The notes under the pieces were generated by a model. That model saw only the letters and a list, made by a program, of their open reading frames with translations, was not told where the DNA came from and did not search any database. Of a stretch of DNA of 64,000 bases, positions 1 through 10,207 are shown piece by piece (within the stretch, counting starts at the first letter, position 1; each line of letters opens with the position of its first letter). The translations under genes and the position numbers were made by a program. This stretch comes from an uncultured candidate division Zixibacteria bacterium (GTDB lineage: Bacteria > Zixibacteria > MSB-5A5 > GN15 > FEB-12), in the NCBI GenBank assembly GCA_963806185.1, contig CAWDXE010000001.1:288001-352000 (forward strand), written 5' to 3'.

Positions 1-94
1 TCGACACGGCCGTATCGCCCCAGACGCGGGCGCTGAATTTGGTGAGCACGCCGAGCGAGGCGCCCTTATACCCCTTAAATGCTTCAGCGGCCAT
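1..94 (-). CDS. gatD: Glu-tRNA(Gln) amidotransferase subunit D, N-terminal fragment running off the window edge
   Basis: Hand translation from ATG at 94: MAAEAFKGYKGASLGVLTKFSARVWGDTAVS, resembling GatD N-termini; start overlaps the gatE stop by 11 nt. Confidence 0.75.
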   Translation of the reverse strand, partial: MAAEAFKGYKGASLGVLTKFSARVWGDTAVS

Positions 95-2063
95 TGAGCA
101 CCGTCCTTTCAATCGTCTGCGAGAGTTCCTCGAGACAGACGTTGCCGATAGCCATTTTGCGCAGATTGGCCATGATCCAGCGGACCTCGGCGAGCGGGTC
201 CTTCGACCGGCGGATGCCGTCGAACTTTCGGCGCAGGGCCGGCACAAAGACCTGGAGCTGTTCCATAGTTTGCGGTTTGAATTCCAGGATGATCAGGATT
301 GATTCAAAATCCATGTGGGGATGAGCATACAGAATCTTGAGCATTTCCTTGATGATTTCATCAAACAAACGACGCTGTTTGACAAAGCGGAACAGCTCGT
401 ACACCTGTTCGTAGCGGAACCCGTTGGATTTCCGGTGCACACCCTCAAGGCGGCGCAAGGTGTGTCCGATCACTGAACCGACAAATACGGGATCCTCGTC
501 GAAGTCTATTACGATTCGCTCAAGCAAACCGGCCAGATTTCGTTTGAAGATATACCGGTGGGTGTCGGCGGGGACGCGCCAATCGCTGAGTTGCTTCATG
601 CGGGCGTCGATAGCCATCGGCAAGGCCCGCCCGGCGTCTTCGATCATCGGTTGCGTTATAGAAATAGGAGCGGAGTCGGTGTCCGGGTACATGCGATCCG
701 GGCCCGGCAATACTCGCTCGAAGACATTGACCCCGCTGGGCAGAGCCTTGCGCGTTTCGCCGGGAACGCCGACCATGGCGAGGCGGCAGCGTTCGTCAAT
801 AGTCTCGACAGCGGTTTTGACATCGTCCTTCGGCCCCCAGAATACGACCAGTCCGTCGTTGTCGGTAGTGCCGAGCAGTTTGCGAATGAAACGCAAGTCA
901 TCTTCGGCAAGCGCGGATTCGTCGCCGTCAGCATAGACCATATTCGGCTTTTCGATACAGGCGATTACTTTCAGACGATCCGATAATTCGTCGGCGAAAG
1001 TACGTCCGGGCTGGGTAAAGTGGGAGAGAATTCCGGCGAACTGCGGCAGATTGACCGCGACCGTAGCCATGCCCTCGGCGGTGGCGTTCTTCATCGCATC
1101 AGGCAGCGAGACAAAGCGGGAAGCATCAATCTCCCGCGATGACAACTGCCAGGTTTCCTTCTTGGGAATCAGCTTCTGCAATAGATCGCGGATCATGAGC
1201 AGCGATTTTTGGCGAAAGGCCTCGTTGTGCACGAGTTCCGGAATCCATCGGATGCGGGAAACACCTTTGATTTCAACGCGGGTGCCGCCGGCGACACTCA
1301 CGTTGACATCTTCGCGGCCTGCGCCAATACCGGTGCGGACTTTGCCGGAGCTGCGAGCTACATAGCGAAGGTACTGGGCGGCCTCGGCCACTTCATCGGG
1401 GGTGGTCATATCCGGATAGGTCACCATCTCGATCAGCGGCATGCCGAGGCGATCAGTAGTATAGATCCGCCAGTGGCCTTGATCGGAGACTTCGCGGCAG
1501 GCATCTTCCTCGATGGAGAGTTGGATGAGTCGAACGGTCTTGTGGGTAAGCGGAATACTTCCCTCGATAGAAATAATTCCGGTTCGCTGGAAACCAGTCG
1601 GGATGCTGCCGTCGAGATATTGCTTTCGCGTAATGTGCAGTTCGCCAACAACTTTCATGCCGAGCAAGAGGGCGATCTCCAGCGCAATCCCCAAGGCCTC
1701 GCGATTGAGCGCAAACGGCGGCGTGTCATCAATATCATACGTGCAGGCCGTTTCATAACGAAGGCGGTAGATGATATTCTTCCGCGTTTTGAATTCCATC
1801 AGGGCAGTACCGTCATACTCACCTAATTCCGACAGAGTTGGGCGCATATGGCGGATGATTTCAGCGTCGTATTCGTCGTGCTGATACCGTCCGGCAGGAC
1901 ACCGGCAGAACAGTTTCTTCTGAGTCTTTAGTTGTTGATGGATTTCCAGTCCGGATTTGAACCCGAGGGCAGCATAAGTGTCCGGAGTAGCTTGAGATCG
2001 AGGGATATATCCGACTTCCGCCTTCGTTCGGGCGTACGTGGATTTACGTTCAGAGACCGACAT
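84..2063 (-). CDS. gatE: Glu-tRNA(Gln) amidotransferase subunit E
   Basis: GLEIHQQL..KLFCRC, IDDTPP, DGSIPTGFQRT, DRLGMPLIE, RVEIKGV, RVLPGPDRMYPDTD motifs plus the GatE-type insertion; ATG at 2063 with AAGGA upstream. Confidence 0.92.
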   Translation of the reverse strand: MSVSERKSTYARTKAEVGYIPRSQATPDTYAALGFKSGLEIHQQLKTQKKLFCRCPAGRYQHDEYDAEIIRHMRPTLSELGEYDGTALMEFKTRKNIIYRLRYETACTYDIDDTPPFALNREALGIALEIALLLGMKVVGELHITRKQYLDGSIPTGFQRTGIISIEGSIPLTHKTVRLIQLSIEEDACREVSDQGHWRIYTTDRLGMPLIEMVTYPDMTTPDEVAEAAQYLRYVARSSGKVRTGIGAGREDVNVSVAGGTRVEIKGVSRIRWIPELVHNEAFRQKSLLMIRDLLQKLIPKKETWQLSSREIDASRFVSLPDAMKNATAEGMATVAVNLPQFAGILSHFTQPGRTFADELSDRLKVIACIEKPNMVYADGDESALAEDDLRFIRKLLGTTDNDGLVVFWGPKDDVKTAVETIDERCRLAMVGVPGETRKALPSGVNVFERVLPGPDRMYPDTDSAPISITQPMIEDAGRALPMAIDARMKQLSDWRVPADTHRYIFKRNLAGLLERIVIDFDEDPVFVGSVIGHTLRRLEGVHRKSNGFRYEQVYELFRFVKQRRLFDEIIKEMLKILYAHPHMDFESILIILEFKPQTMEQLQVFVPALRRKFDGIRRSKDPLAEVRWIMANLRKMAIGNVCLEELSQTIERTVLNGR

Positions 2064-2333
2064 GACAGCTTTCCTTACTCTGTCCGGCCCATAGGCCGGC
2101 ACGAACCGGGGCAAAATAGGATAATGGCATCGGGTTTACAAGGGGATTTCCGTTGTCGCGTGTCGGGGTCATCCGGCGGGGATAAACCGAAGGCGTTTCG
2201 CCGCTTTCCTCTCATGCCGGCCCGATTGCGTGACAACATGTTGGGCGAAGATCGCGGAAAAGGTTGACCTAACGATCGGCGTTGCTAGATTGCGGCAAGC
2301 ATTTGCACCCAGGAGACTGCGAGAGAGATAACA

Positions 2334-3620
2334 ATGCCACATTCATTTCTGCGATGTCTTGCCCCTCTTGCGCTGGTCATGACGGCAAGCATGGTCGGTG
2401 GTGAGCCGGCCGATCGTGTCAAGGTATCGTACACTCAGCGTGTCAGAATCGAGACCACTGACAACGCCACTCAACTCGATTACGATTCCTCGGCCGGATC
2501 GAGCTATATGCGCAATCGGACGGGCCTGATGCTGCAGTATCGCCCGGTGCCGCTTTGGGAGTTCGGTGTGCGGTTGACCAACGAATTCCGCTACTATTTT
2601 GTCCCGGAGAGAAAACAGTTCACGCTGGATGAGATTTTCTTCGATCAGCTCTATGTCCGGCGCGACAGCGTTTTTCACCAACCGCTGAGGGTTGTCATTG
2701 GCCGACAGAATCTCAATTTTGGAGAAGGGTTCGTCATCGCCGAGGGAGGGCCGCTCGACGGATCACGGTCGGCCTATTTCAACGCACTCAATTTGCGATG
2801 GGACTTTTCGGCAGACAAATCGCTCTCGCTGATATTTGCGCATCAGCCGCGTAAGGACGAATGGTTCCCGATCATTCACGATCAGGAGAAAGTGATGGTG
2901 GAGCAACGAGAGCAGGCGGCGATGGCGTACTACCAAGCCAAGGGTATTCGAATTACACCGCAAGTCTATTTGATCTATAAACATCTCGGCCGTCACTCGT
3001 CGCGGCCGGCGGCGGACATTTACTGCCTTGGTGGTCGCCTTCAGGCGACTCTGACCAAGACACTCACCTCGACCACGGAAGCGGCGATCCAGCGCGGTAC
3101 ATGGGGCGACATCAATCAGACGGCGTTTGGTGGGTATTCGTATCTGGAACAGAAAACCGGCTGGCCGTTGTATTTTCCGCAGTCGTTTACCATTGGTGGA
3201 TTGTATTTGAGCGGCGATGATCTATCGACGACAGACCACGAGGGGTGGGAGCCGATTTTCGGCCGGTGGCCAAAGTGGAGCGAGTCGTATGCCTACACGT
3301 TGACGCGGGAGTACGGCGTGTCTTATTGGTCGAATTATGCCTCACTATTTGTCAAGACCTCGGTGAATCTGGCAGAGGAACTGACGCTGACGCTGGATTA
3401 CCACCATCTGATGGCGCCGCAACATACGGATTCGGTAGTCGGATTTCCCGGCGGCCAAGGGCGTGACAGGGGGAATCTTTTTGTCGGCAAGTTGACCTAC
3501 AAGGCGAGTCCGCATTTGTCCGGACACCTGCTGTGGGAATCGTTTGAGCCGGGCGATTACTATTTTCGGGGGGCCGACCATTCTTCGTGGATGCGTACAG
3601 AAGCATTTCTGACGTTTTGA
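2334..3620 (+). CDS. Outer-membrane beta-barrel, alginate export family-like
   Basis: Signal peptide, GRQNLNFGEGFVI..DGSRSAYF segment, amphipathic strands, C-terminal Phe. Confidence 0.7.
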   Translation: MPHSFLRCLAPLALVMTASMVGGEPADRVKVSYTQRVRIETTDNATQLDYDSSAGSSYMRNRTGLMLQYRPVPLWEFGVRLTNEFRYYFVPERKQFTLDEIFFDQLYVRRDSVFHQPLRVVIGRQNLNFGEGFVIAEGGPLDGSRSAYFNALNLRWDFSADKSLSLIFAHQPRKDEWFPIIHDQEKVMVEQREQAAMAYYQAKGIRITPQVYLIYKHLGRHSSRPAADIYCLGGRLQATLTKTLTSTTEAAIQRGTWGDINQTAFGGYSYLEQKTGWPLYFPQSFTIGGLYLSGDDLSTTDHEGWEPIFGRWPKWSESYAYTLTREYGVSYWSNYASLFVKTSVNLAEELTLTLDYHHLMAPQHTDSVVGFPGGQGRDRGNLFVGKLTYKASPHLSGHLLWESFEPGDYYFRGADHSSWMRTEAFLTF

Positions 3621-3656
3621 CCGTGACCGTTTCGAGCGTCTCTCACACAAATGGTA

Positions 3657-3684
3657 ACGCCGGCGCTTAATCGAGCACCGGCGT
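3657..3684. terminator. Hairpin between convergent genes
   Basis: ACGCCGGCGCT-TAATCG-AGCACCGGCGT near-perfect stem. Confidence 0.5.
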
Positions 3685-3713
3685 CATAAGTAATCTTCGA
3701 AAGCCAGCTTTGA

Positions 3714-4157
3714 TCAGGCGCTGACCGGCTGACGTGGCTGCGTGGTCGGGCGAGAGGGGGGCATCGATTTGCCTTTGTTCGGAGTGCTAAACGCCAGGAC
3801 GCAGGTAGCGGCAATGCCGATGAACGGAATCAGCATGCAGACTCCCCACCAGCCTGATTGGCCGCAGTTTCGCGCGATCTGCCAACTAAGCGCGATAATC
3901 GCGACGATGTTGACAATCGGTACCAGAAAGAGAAGCACCCACCAGTAGGACTTTCCGCCCATCTGGCACATCAGGAACAAGTTGAGGATTGGTACCCAGG
4001 CCCACCAGGCGTTTTCGGTGCAGCCGGCATTCTTGGCAATTCGAAAGAACAACCATGAACCAATGATGTAGATACCGATCATAAACAGCCAGAACATGCC
4101 GCCCATCATCGCCAGCATACCTACGCTGCTCGGTTCCATTGCATACGTGTCACCCAT
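3714..4157 (-). CDS. Small membrane protein, DUF5684-like
   Basis: WWAWVPILNLF..GKSYWWVLLFLVPIVNIV pattern; GGAGG SD. Confidence 0.7.
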   Translation of the reverse strand: MGDTYAMEPSSVGMLAMMGGMFWLFMIGIYIIGSWLFFRIAKNAGCTENAWWAWVPILNLFLMCQMGGKSYWWVLLFLVPIVNIVAIIALSWQIARNCGQSGWWGVCMLIPFIGIAATCVLAFSTPNKGKSMPPSRPTTQPRQPVSA

Positions 4158-4431
4158 CGTGACCTCCAGTAAGGGGATTTGAGTTTTCGCGTTCTAGCCC
4201 GCCCGGACAGGCGGGTATGTAGATTATCGGCAGGAAAGCTGAACCGGTTTAGCCGGATCCGACTGAGTTCAGCGTCAAGGGAGTATGGGGTTCTGGCGCG
4301 AGGCGGCCTAAAACGGCTTGAGTAGCTGACTCAAATTCGCTATTGTAACAGGCAAACGATTGCCCGTGAACGGATAGCCGACAGGCCTCCGTACAGCCCG
4401 AAAATGGATGACCTCATGAAGAAGGACGTTT

Positions 4432-5952
4432 ATGGCTAACTTCTTTGTCTATCTGGCAGTCATTGTCTGCGGCGCGTCGGTGCTCGCTATTGAGCTCCTC
4501 GGCACGCGCATCATTGCCCCCTTTTACGGCGGAAGTCTCTATCTCTGGTCGGCCCTGATCAGCGTCACGCTGGCCGCACTCAGCCTGGGGTACTGGCTTG
4601 GCGGGCGATGGGCGGATCGGGGGGCAAGCCTGACCCGCCTCTGCTGGATCATCGGACTCGCCGGAGTCTGGATCACCGTCAGTCCGTGGCTGCGAGGCCC
4701 GGTCTTTGCACTGGCGGAACATCTGGAGTTGAGATTAGCCGTGCTGTTTATCGCTACGGTGTTGTTCTTTCCGCCGCTGGCTCTGCTCGGCATGGTCAGT
4801 CCGTACGCCATTCGCATGAAAGCATCGAGTCTCGACGTGGTCGGCAGAACCGCTGGGAATCTGTACGCAATATCCACGGTCGCCAGCGTGGTAGCGGCCC
4901 TGCTCACCGGATTCGTACTCATCCCCAACGTAGGCGTTACCGTATTGGCCGTTTTGGTTGGGATCGTATTGTTAGCCACGGCTCTGCTGGGGTTCCTTTT
5001 CGGGCGTCACTTTTCAGGAGCCGTCGCCGTTGGACTACTGATCGTTGCGGCCGGAGCTTGCGAGCTCGGGTATTCGCCCGACGTGGCGACAAGCGACGAC
5101 TTCACGATCATTGCTGTTGAGCAGAGTGCGTACGCCGAGATTCGCGTTGTCGACGCAGACAGCACCCGCTTCATGTTGATCGACGGCGCGATGCATACCG
5201 GACTGGATCAGACCACCGGGGAGTCGTCGTTCCCCTATGTTCATGTGATTGATCTGGTCAAGGATTTTGTCTCGCCCGGCCGGATGCTTCAGATTGGACT
5301 CGGGGGGGGCTCAACGGTGAGGAGTTTTTTTGCGGATGGCTGGAAGGTGGATGCGGTGGAAATCGACCCGATGGTGACAAGACTGGCACACCAGTATTTT
5401 GGGCTGGCGGATTCCGAAGCGACTATCTATAGCATGGATGGGCGGCAGTATTTGAAGAATGCGTCTGACACCTATGACGTGATTCTGCTCGACGCCTTTG
5501 GCGCGGCGACGGTGCCGTTTCATCTGGTGACGGATGAGGTATTCGGGTTAATCCGGTCGCGTCTTGCCCCTGGAGGTGTGTTTGCAATCAACGTTCAGTC
5601 CCTGGGTTGGAACGACAAGATTGTCCGGTCACTGGCCAAAACGTCGGCTCGATATTTTGCGCACAACCTGGCGCTTCCGACCGCCGAACCGCCCGACCAT
5701 GTAGGCAATCTGATCCTGCTTTTATCCGACCGTGGGCTGACCCTCTCTCGTGACTTACCGGTGCCGCTGGACCGCCAATCGGCGGAGTACGATCGCGCCC
5801 ATGCCTGGGATAACCGCTTTGTAGTCGACACGACCGGAGCGCTGATCATCACCGACAATTGCAATCCGGTCGACATCTGGTCGGAGCGAGTCAACCATGC
5901 CGCGCGAGCCGAGCTGCACGAGACGTTCCGAGGGCGTCGTCTCGCCTGGTAA
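4432..5952 (+). CDS. Fused MFS-like membrane domain / spermidine synthase-like methyltransferase
   Basis: About 7 N-terminal TM segments, IGLGGG SAM motif, VEIDP, DGRQYL, ILLDAF, TDNCNP. Confidence 0.85.
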   Translation: MANFFVYLAVIVCGASVLAIELLGTRIIAPFYGGSLYLWSALISVTLAALSLGYWLGGRWADRGASLTRLCWIIGLAGVWITVSPWLRGPVFALAEHLELRLAVLFIATVLFFPPLALLGMVSPYAIRMKASSLDVVGRTAGNLYAISTVASVVAALLTGFVLIPNVGVTVLAVLVGIVLLATALLGFLFGRHFSGAVAVGLLIVAAGACELGYSPDVATSDDFTIIAVEQSAYAEIRVVDADSTRFMLIDGAMHTGLDQTTGESSFPYVHVIDLVKDFVSPGRMLQIGLGGGSTVRSFFADGWKVDAVEIDPMVTRLAHQYFGLADSEATIYSMDGRQYLKNASDTYDVILLDAFGAATVPFHLVTDEVFGLIRSRLAPGGVFAINVQSLGWNDKIVRSLAKTSARYFAHNLALPTAEPPDHVGNLILLLSDRGLTLSRDLPVPLDRQSAEYDRAHAWDNRFVVDTTGALIITDNCNPVDIWSERVNHAARAELHETFRGRRLAW

Positions 5953-5958
5953 CGCGGC

Positions 5959-6390
5959 CTACTTTCCTTCCATCGGCTTGATCTCGCCGGTGACCAGCAG
6001 CCGGGTGGGAAATCCCTCCAGAGTTTTGGGTACGTCGCGCTTCACCTGATCCGACGCTTCTTTGACCAGGACGAGAATACAGGGGGCCTTCTCATCCGTT
6101 TCCCCAATTGCCACCCCAACAACTCCGGAGATCTCCATCAGCTCACGAGAGTGGGCCTCCAGGACGGCATTGATGTCTTTCTTTGACACTTCGGTTTTGT
6201 CTTCCTTATTGCTCTGACAGGCCGCACCGAGTACGAGGAGGAAGATCATAGCGAACATTCCCCATCGTCGAATGGCGGCGAAACGACTTGTCTTCGATCT
6301 GTGTCTGAGATGGCTGTTTCCTTCCGTATGCATTGCCAATGTGCCTCCAGCAAAAACCCGACCCCAGTGAATAACCGGGGTCGGGCGCAA
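5959..6390 (-). CDS. Small lipoprotein homologous to the N-terminal domain of the upstream protease (true start probably near the MFAMIF segment)
   Basis: Hydrophobic signal ending GAAC; HSRELMEISGVVGVAIG..VPKTLEGFPTRLLVTGEI aligns by eye with the neighbour's N-domain. Confidence 0.7.
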   Translation of the reverse strand: MRPTPVIHWGRVFAGGTLAMHTEGNSHLRHRSKTSRFAAIRRWGMFAMIFLLVLGAACQSNKEDKTEVSKKDINAVLEAHSRELMEISGVVGVAIGETDEKAPCILVLVKEASDQVKRDVPKTLEGFPTRLLVTGEIKPMEGK

Positions 6391-6429
6391 ATGGTGAGTA
6401 CCGGCCCTTGGGCCGGCATTCGGTATTGC

Positions 6430-7533
6430 TTAGTTACCGACCATGGTGGCCCCGAGGAATGTCAGGACCGAATTGATCGGGTTGGCTACCGCGATCGAAG
6501 TGCTGCCGGCAAAGAGAAGCCCGATAGCTTTCGGATTGGTAGTCACGTCTTGAACCATCAACGAACCGGAGTCACCGCCGCCAAGGAACCGGCTACGCGT
6601 GTTGGTAACGAGAATCTGACCGGTGAACGTCTTGGTGAAAGCGGTTCCGCCGGCGCACTCGTTTTCGTAGGACACGCTGATAGTGGCGTTCAGGCCGCTC
6701 ACCTTGCTGCGGGTAAGACCGGTCGTACGACCGCTCTTCTTAACCGCCTGTCCGACTGACGCCGCGATTGTCGTCGCCGAGAGCGTGCCGATCTCAAGAA
6801 TATTGCCGGTCGCATCAACCATGCCGGAAATGATGTTGGCGCTGGAGCAGTCGACGTTGTTGTTCGGCAGCGAGTGCGACACGACGAGGGTCGCGACATT
6901 CTGGGCGCTGGTCGCGCTGCAGTTGACATCGATCAAACCCGGCTGGATGATATAGTCACCGGTAGTAGCAACGGTGCCGTTGCCGCCGGAAACAATATCG
7001 GCCTCAAACACGTGGTAGTTGCTCAGGATGCGCTTCGTCCCGCCGACTGAGATCAGCGAGCCCAGCGTGCCACCGCAGCAATACCCGTTGGCCAAGTCCT
7101 TGCGCCATCCACCCGACGTACCCAGCTTGATCGGCGGGGTCTGTTTGGTCTTGTGGCTGACGCTCGCCATGGCCACAATCTTGTCTGTAAACACGACCTG
7201 TACCGGGACGCCGTCCAGTTCCTTCGGTGCGGATCTGAGAGCGCGGTCAGTGGTTACCAGCATCATGATCGCGGGCTTACCATTATCAGCCATGGTGGTC
7301 GCGGTGCCGATGACATCGGGATCGCTCATGAGCTGACGCGTGTGACGGTCCTGAACGACCATCACCGATTGCACCTCGGGGTTATCATAACTCAGGGTGC
7401 CGTTGAGGGAGTTATCGGGAGCAACGACGTTGTCGTTGTTATCCGAACATCCCCAGAGTCCCAGCATGAGAATGACAGCGGCACTGGCGATGACAACTGC
7501 CAAGCCGCGTGGACGAGTGAATGAACGCATCAT
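6430..7533 (-). CDS. Lipoprotein trypsin-like (S1, Nal1-like) serine protease
   Basis: Lipobox LWGC; GTLG, SNYHV (His), VDCS (Asp), KSGRTTG, GGDSGS (Ser), IGLLFAG. Confidence 0.85.
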   Translation of the reverse strand: MMRSFTRPRGLAVVIASAAVILMLGLWGCSDNNDNVVAPDNSLNGTLSYDNPEVQSVMVVQDRHTRQLMSDPDVIGTATTMADNGKPAIMMLVTTDRALRSAPKELDGVPVQVVFTDKIVAMASVSHKTKQTPPIKLGTSGGWRKDLANGYCCGGTLGSLISVGGTKRILSNYHVFEADIVSGGNGTVATTGDYIIQPGLIDVNCSATSAQNVATLVVSHSLPNNNVDCSSANIISGMVDATGNILEIGTLSATTIAASVGQAVKKSGRTTGLTRSKVSGLNATISVSYENECAGGTAFTKTFTGQILVTNTRSRFLGGGDSGSLMVQDVTTNPKAIGLLFAGSTSIAVANPINSVLTFLGATMVGN

Positions 7534-7896
7534 TCCTGTCCTCCTAGGTCGTGAGGTTATAGAGAACTAATCTACAATCCTGAAGTCGTTACTCTTGGGT
7601 TGTAGCGTGGCTTCCCGGTGACAACCGAATATTATTCTCCAATTTCTCGCCGGCCGACCGAACTGTCAAGAACAAACTGCGAGTAGGGTCCAAGTTATAT
7701 TTTTCACATAACAAAATTCAGATACAATTCTGCACTTCACATCGCCAATTCGTGCGCAATTTGCAGTGCGCCCCGCACCCGCGAGGGATCCTCGATTACA
7801 CTGGCCTACTAGGGGACCCGAGGGGACGAAATGATCCGCAAGTAATGATTCCCGAAGGGAACTTGGGAAGTGCGTCAGGAGATTGCTCGGCCGCAG

Positions 7897-8883
7897 TTAT
7901 CGGGGGGGGAAATCCGGACCGGATTTCGAGAGGTATTGAGTGACATAGCGGCGAACGCCTTCCTCTATGGTCAGGAAGGGGGCCACATAGCCGACCAGAC
8001 GCAGCTTACTGAGATTGGCTTCGGTGTGGTACTGGTAATTGTCCCGGATACTCAGCGGCATGTCAATGAACTCGATTCGGGGAGGCAGTCCGGCCGAGGC
8101 GAAAACGGTCCGGGCCAGATCGATCCAGGTCCGGGCCTGTCCGGTCCCACAATTGAACAGACCGGACACTTCCGGATGGTCGAAGAAGAACAGAGTCTCG
8201 GCCACGGCGTCGTCGACATAAACAAAATCCCGCTCCTGTTTGCCGTCCAGATACTCCGGCCGGTAGGATTTGAACAACCGCATGACTCCCTCAGACTTGA
8301 CCAGACCGTACGCCTTATTGACCAATGACCGCATCTCCCCCTTATGCTCTTCGCCGGGGCCGTAGACGTTGAAGTACTTCAGCCCGGCAATCTGCTTGAG
8401 AGTGCCAGTCCGAATTGCCCAGAGGTCGAATTTCTGTTTGGACCGGCCGTACCCGTTAAGTGGCTCTAACTCAGATACGGTTGCCTCATCATCGATGTAC
8501 CCGCGGCGGCCGTCGCCATAGGTGGCAGCGCTCGACGCATAGACAAACCGGGCCCCGACTTTCAGGGACCACTCGCACAGGTCGACCGTGCACTGGTAGT
8601 TGTTGTCGGTCAGGTAGGCCTCGTCGGTCTCCATGGTCGAGCTGCAGGCCCCCATATGAAAGACCCCATCCACCGGGGAGACGCGGACATCGCGCAGCTG
8701 TGTACGGAAATCGGCTTTGTCGTAGTAGTCCTTGAACTCAAGCCGGTCAAGATTGCGCTGTTTGGCCGGGTGATTGAGGTGGTCAACGATTGTGATGTCA
8801 CGGTGGCCGCGCTCGTTTAGCGCTCGGACCAGATTGCTGCCGATAAAGCCGGCGCCGCCCGTGACGATAAATTTCTTGTCCAT
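7897..8883 (-). CDS. hldD: ADP-L-glycero-D-manno-heptose 6-epimerase
   Basis: VTGGAGFIGSN, HMGACSST, YASSAATYG, YGRSK, YFNVYGPGEEHKGEM, YQYHTEAN. Confidence 0.93.
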   Translation of the reverse strand: MDKKFIVTGGAGFIGSNLVRALNERGHRDITIVDHLNHPAKQRNLDRLEFKDYYDKADFRTQLRDVRVSPVDGVFHMGACSSTMETDEAYLTDNNYQCTVDLCEWSLKVGARFVYASSAATYGDGRRGYIDDEATVSELEPLNGYGRSKQKFDLWAIRTGTLKQIAGLKYFNVYGPGEEHKGEMRSLVNKAYGLVKSEGVMRLFKSYRPEYLDGKQERDFVYVDDAVAETLFFFDHPEVSGLFNCGTGQARTWIDLARTVFASAGLPPRIEFIDMPLSIRDNYQYHTEANLSKLRLVGYVAPFLTIEEGVRRYVTQYLSKSGPDFPPR

Positions 8884-8990
8884 TTCCAGTTCGACTTCCC
8901 TGTTCGGCTGTTCGCGAGTCAGATGACCGTCGTCTAATACCTACAAGGTACCCTTTTCAATCAGTCAGTGTCAATAGAAGCAGGGAATGA

Positions 8991-10118
8991 CTAGAGCGAG
9001 CGGAGGAGTCTCTCCCACGATTCACATTGTGTAACGTGCGAATACTTCGCCAGGGCATCGGCTCTCCCCTGCGCTGCCAACTTCGCCGCATAAGCCGGCT
9101 CCTTGAGATACTTCAACAACCTGTCGGCCAGCGCCTGGTCGTCGCCGGGTGGAAAGCGAAGACCGTTTTTCAGATCATCAATCAGATCGATTGTTCCGCC
9201 GCTGTCGGTGCCGATCACCGGCAGGCCGCAGGTCATCGCCTCGATCGTTACCAAGCCGTAGGTTTCGGAGAGCGAGGTCAACAGGAAGATATCCATGGCA
9301 CTGTAGGCGATTTCGGGATATTCGAGGAACGGTCGGAAATGAACGAACGGTTCCAGATGACACTCGCGGACCAGAGTACGCAACTCCTGCTCGTAGATGT
9401 CGCTTTCGTTCCGGGTCGGATCACCGACTATCAGGAGGTGTGCCCTGCAGCCCTGCTCGTGACACCGGGAGAGCGCGCGAATGCCAACATGCTGCCCACG
9501 CTTGGGATCGAGTCGCCCAATGGTGCCGATCAGGGTACCTTCCGCCGGCAGATCGAGAGCGCGGCGAGATGAGAGTTTGTCTCGCTTCTCGATGAACTTC
9601 GACTGGTCGATGCCGTGGGGGATGATGTGAATTCTACTGAGGGGAACACGCGTGTTTCGTCTCGCTTGCTCGGCCAGAATCGGGAGCGGTGCGACGAAGG
9701 CGTCGAGCTTTCGATACTGCCAGACATGGAGCAGGTCGCGTTTGTTGCCGAGGTGCATGTTCTGAGAAAAGATCAGCTTGAGTTTGTCGCCGGATCGTTG
9801 CTTAGCTACGGCACAGACCAGTACGTCGCGGGATTGGTGAAAGATCAGGTGCGACACATGGTCTGCCCGGGCCAGTTGTGCCAGTTTTCCGCCGTGGCAA
9901 ATTGCAGACAAGGTTGAGGTGATCCTGAGGTCGCGCGTCGGGACCCGATATTCGGTGCGAGCCCGCTCGGCGAGTTTAGTGTCGGGGTTGGCATAGAGAA
10001 AGACCGGCCAACCTCGCTGGCGCATCCAATTGAGGAAACGGAGAACGTTGAGCTCGAGTCCGCCCCACGCGGTGGAGGAGCAGTAGGAGCCGATGGGGAA
10101 AGTCGGCTGGTCCTTCAT
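8991..10118 (-). CDS. Glycosyltransferase family 4
   Basis: WGGLE, IPHGID, IGRLDPKRGQ, SETYGLVTIEAMTCGLPVIGT. Confidence 0.88.
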   Translation of the reverse strand: MKDQPTFPIGSYCSSTAWGGLELNVLRFLNWMRQRGWPVFLYANPDTKLAERARTEYRVPTRDLRITSTLSAICHGGKLAQLARADHVSHLIFHQSRDVLVCAVAKQRSGDKLKLIFSQNMHLGNKRDLLHVWQYRKLDAFVAPLPILAEQARRNTRVPLSRIHIIPHGIDQSKFIEKRDKLSSRRALDLPAEGTLIGTIGRLDPKRGQHVGIRALSRCHEQGCRAHLLIVGDPTRNESDIYEQELRTLVRECHLEPFVHFRPFLEYPEIAYSAMDIFLLTSLSETYGLVTIEAMTCGLPVIGTDSGGTIDLIDDLKNGLRFPPGDDQALADRLLKYLKEPAYAAKLAAQGRADALAKYSHVTQCESWERLLRSL

Positions 10119-10207
10119 AAGGACGGAATATAAGGCTAGTGAGGGAACGACGGGAAGGAAAGAATTCGGAAGCAGAGCCAAGCCGGCAGGAGCACAAGGC
10201 TTTGGCC

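Noticed and set aside
84..2063. gatB call
   Set aside because: The large central insertion, DDTPP and RVLPGPDRMYP motifs, and the coupled gatD-like gene fit GatE better
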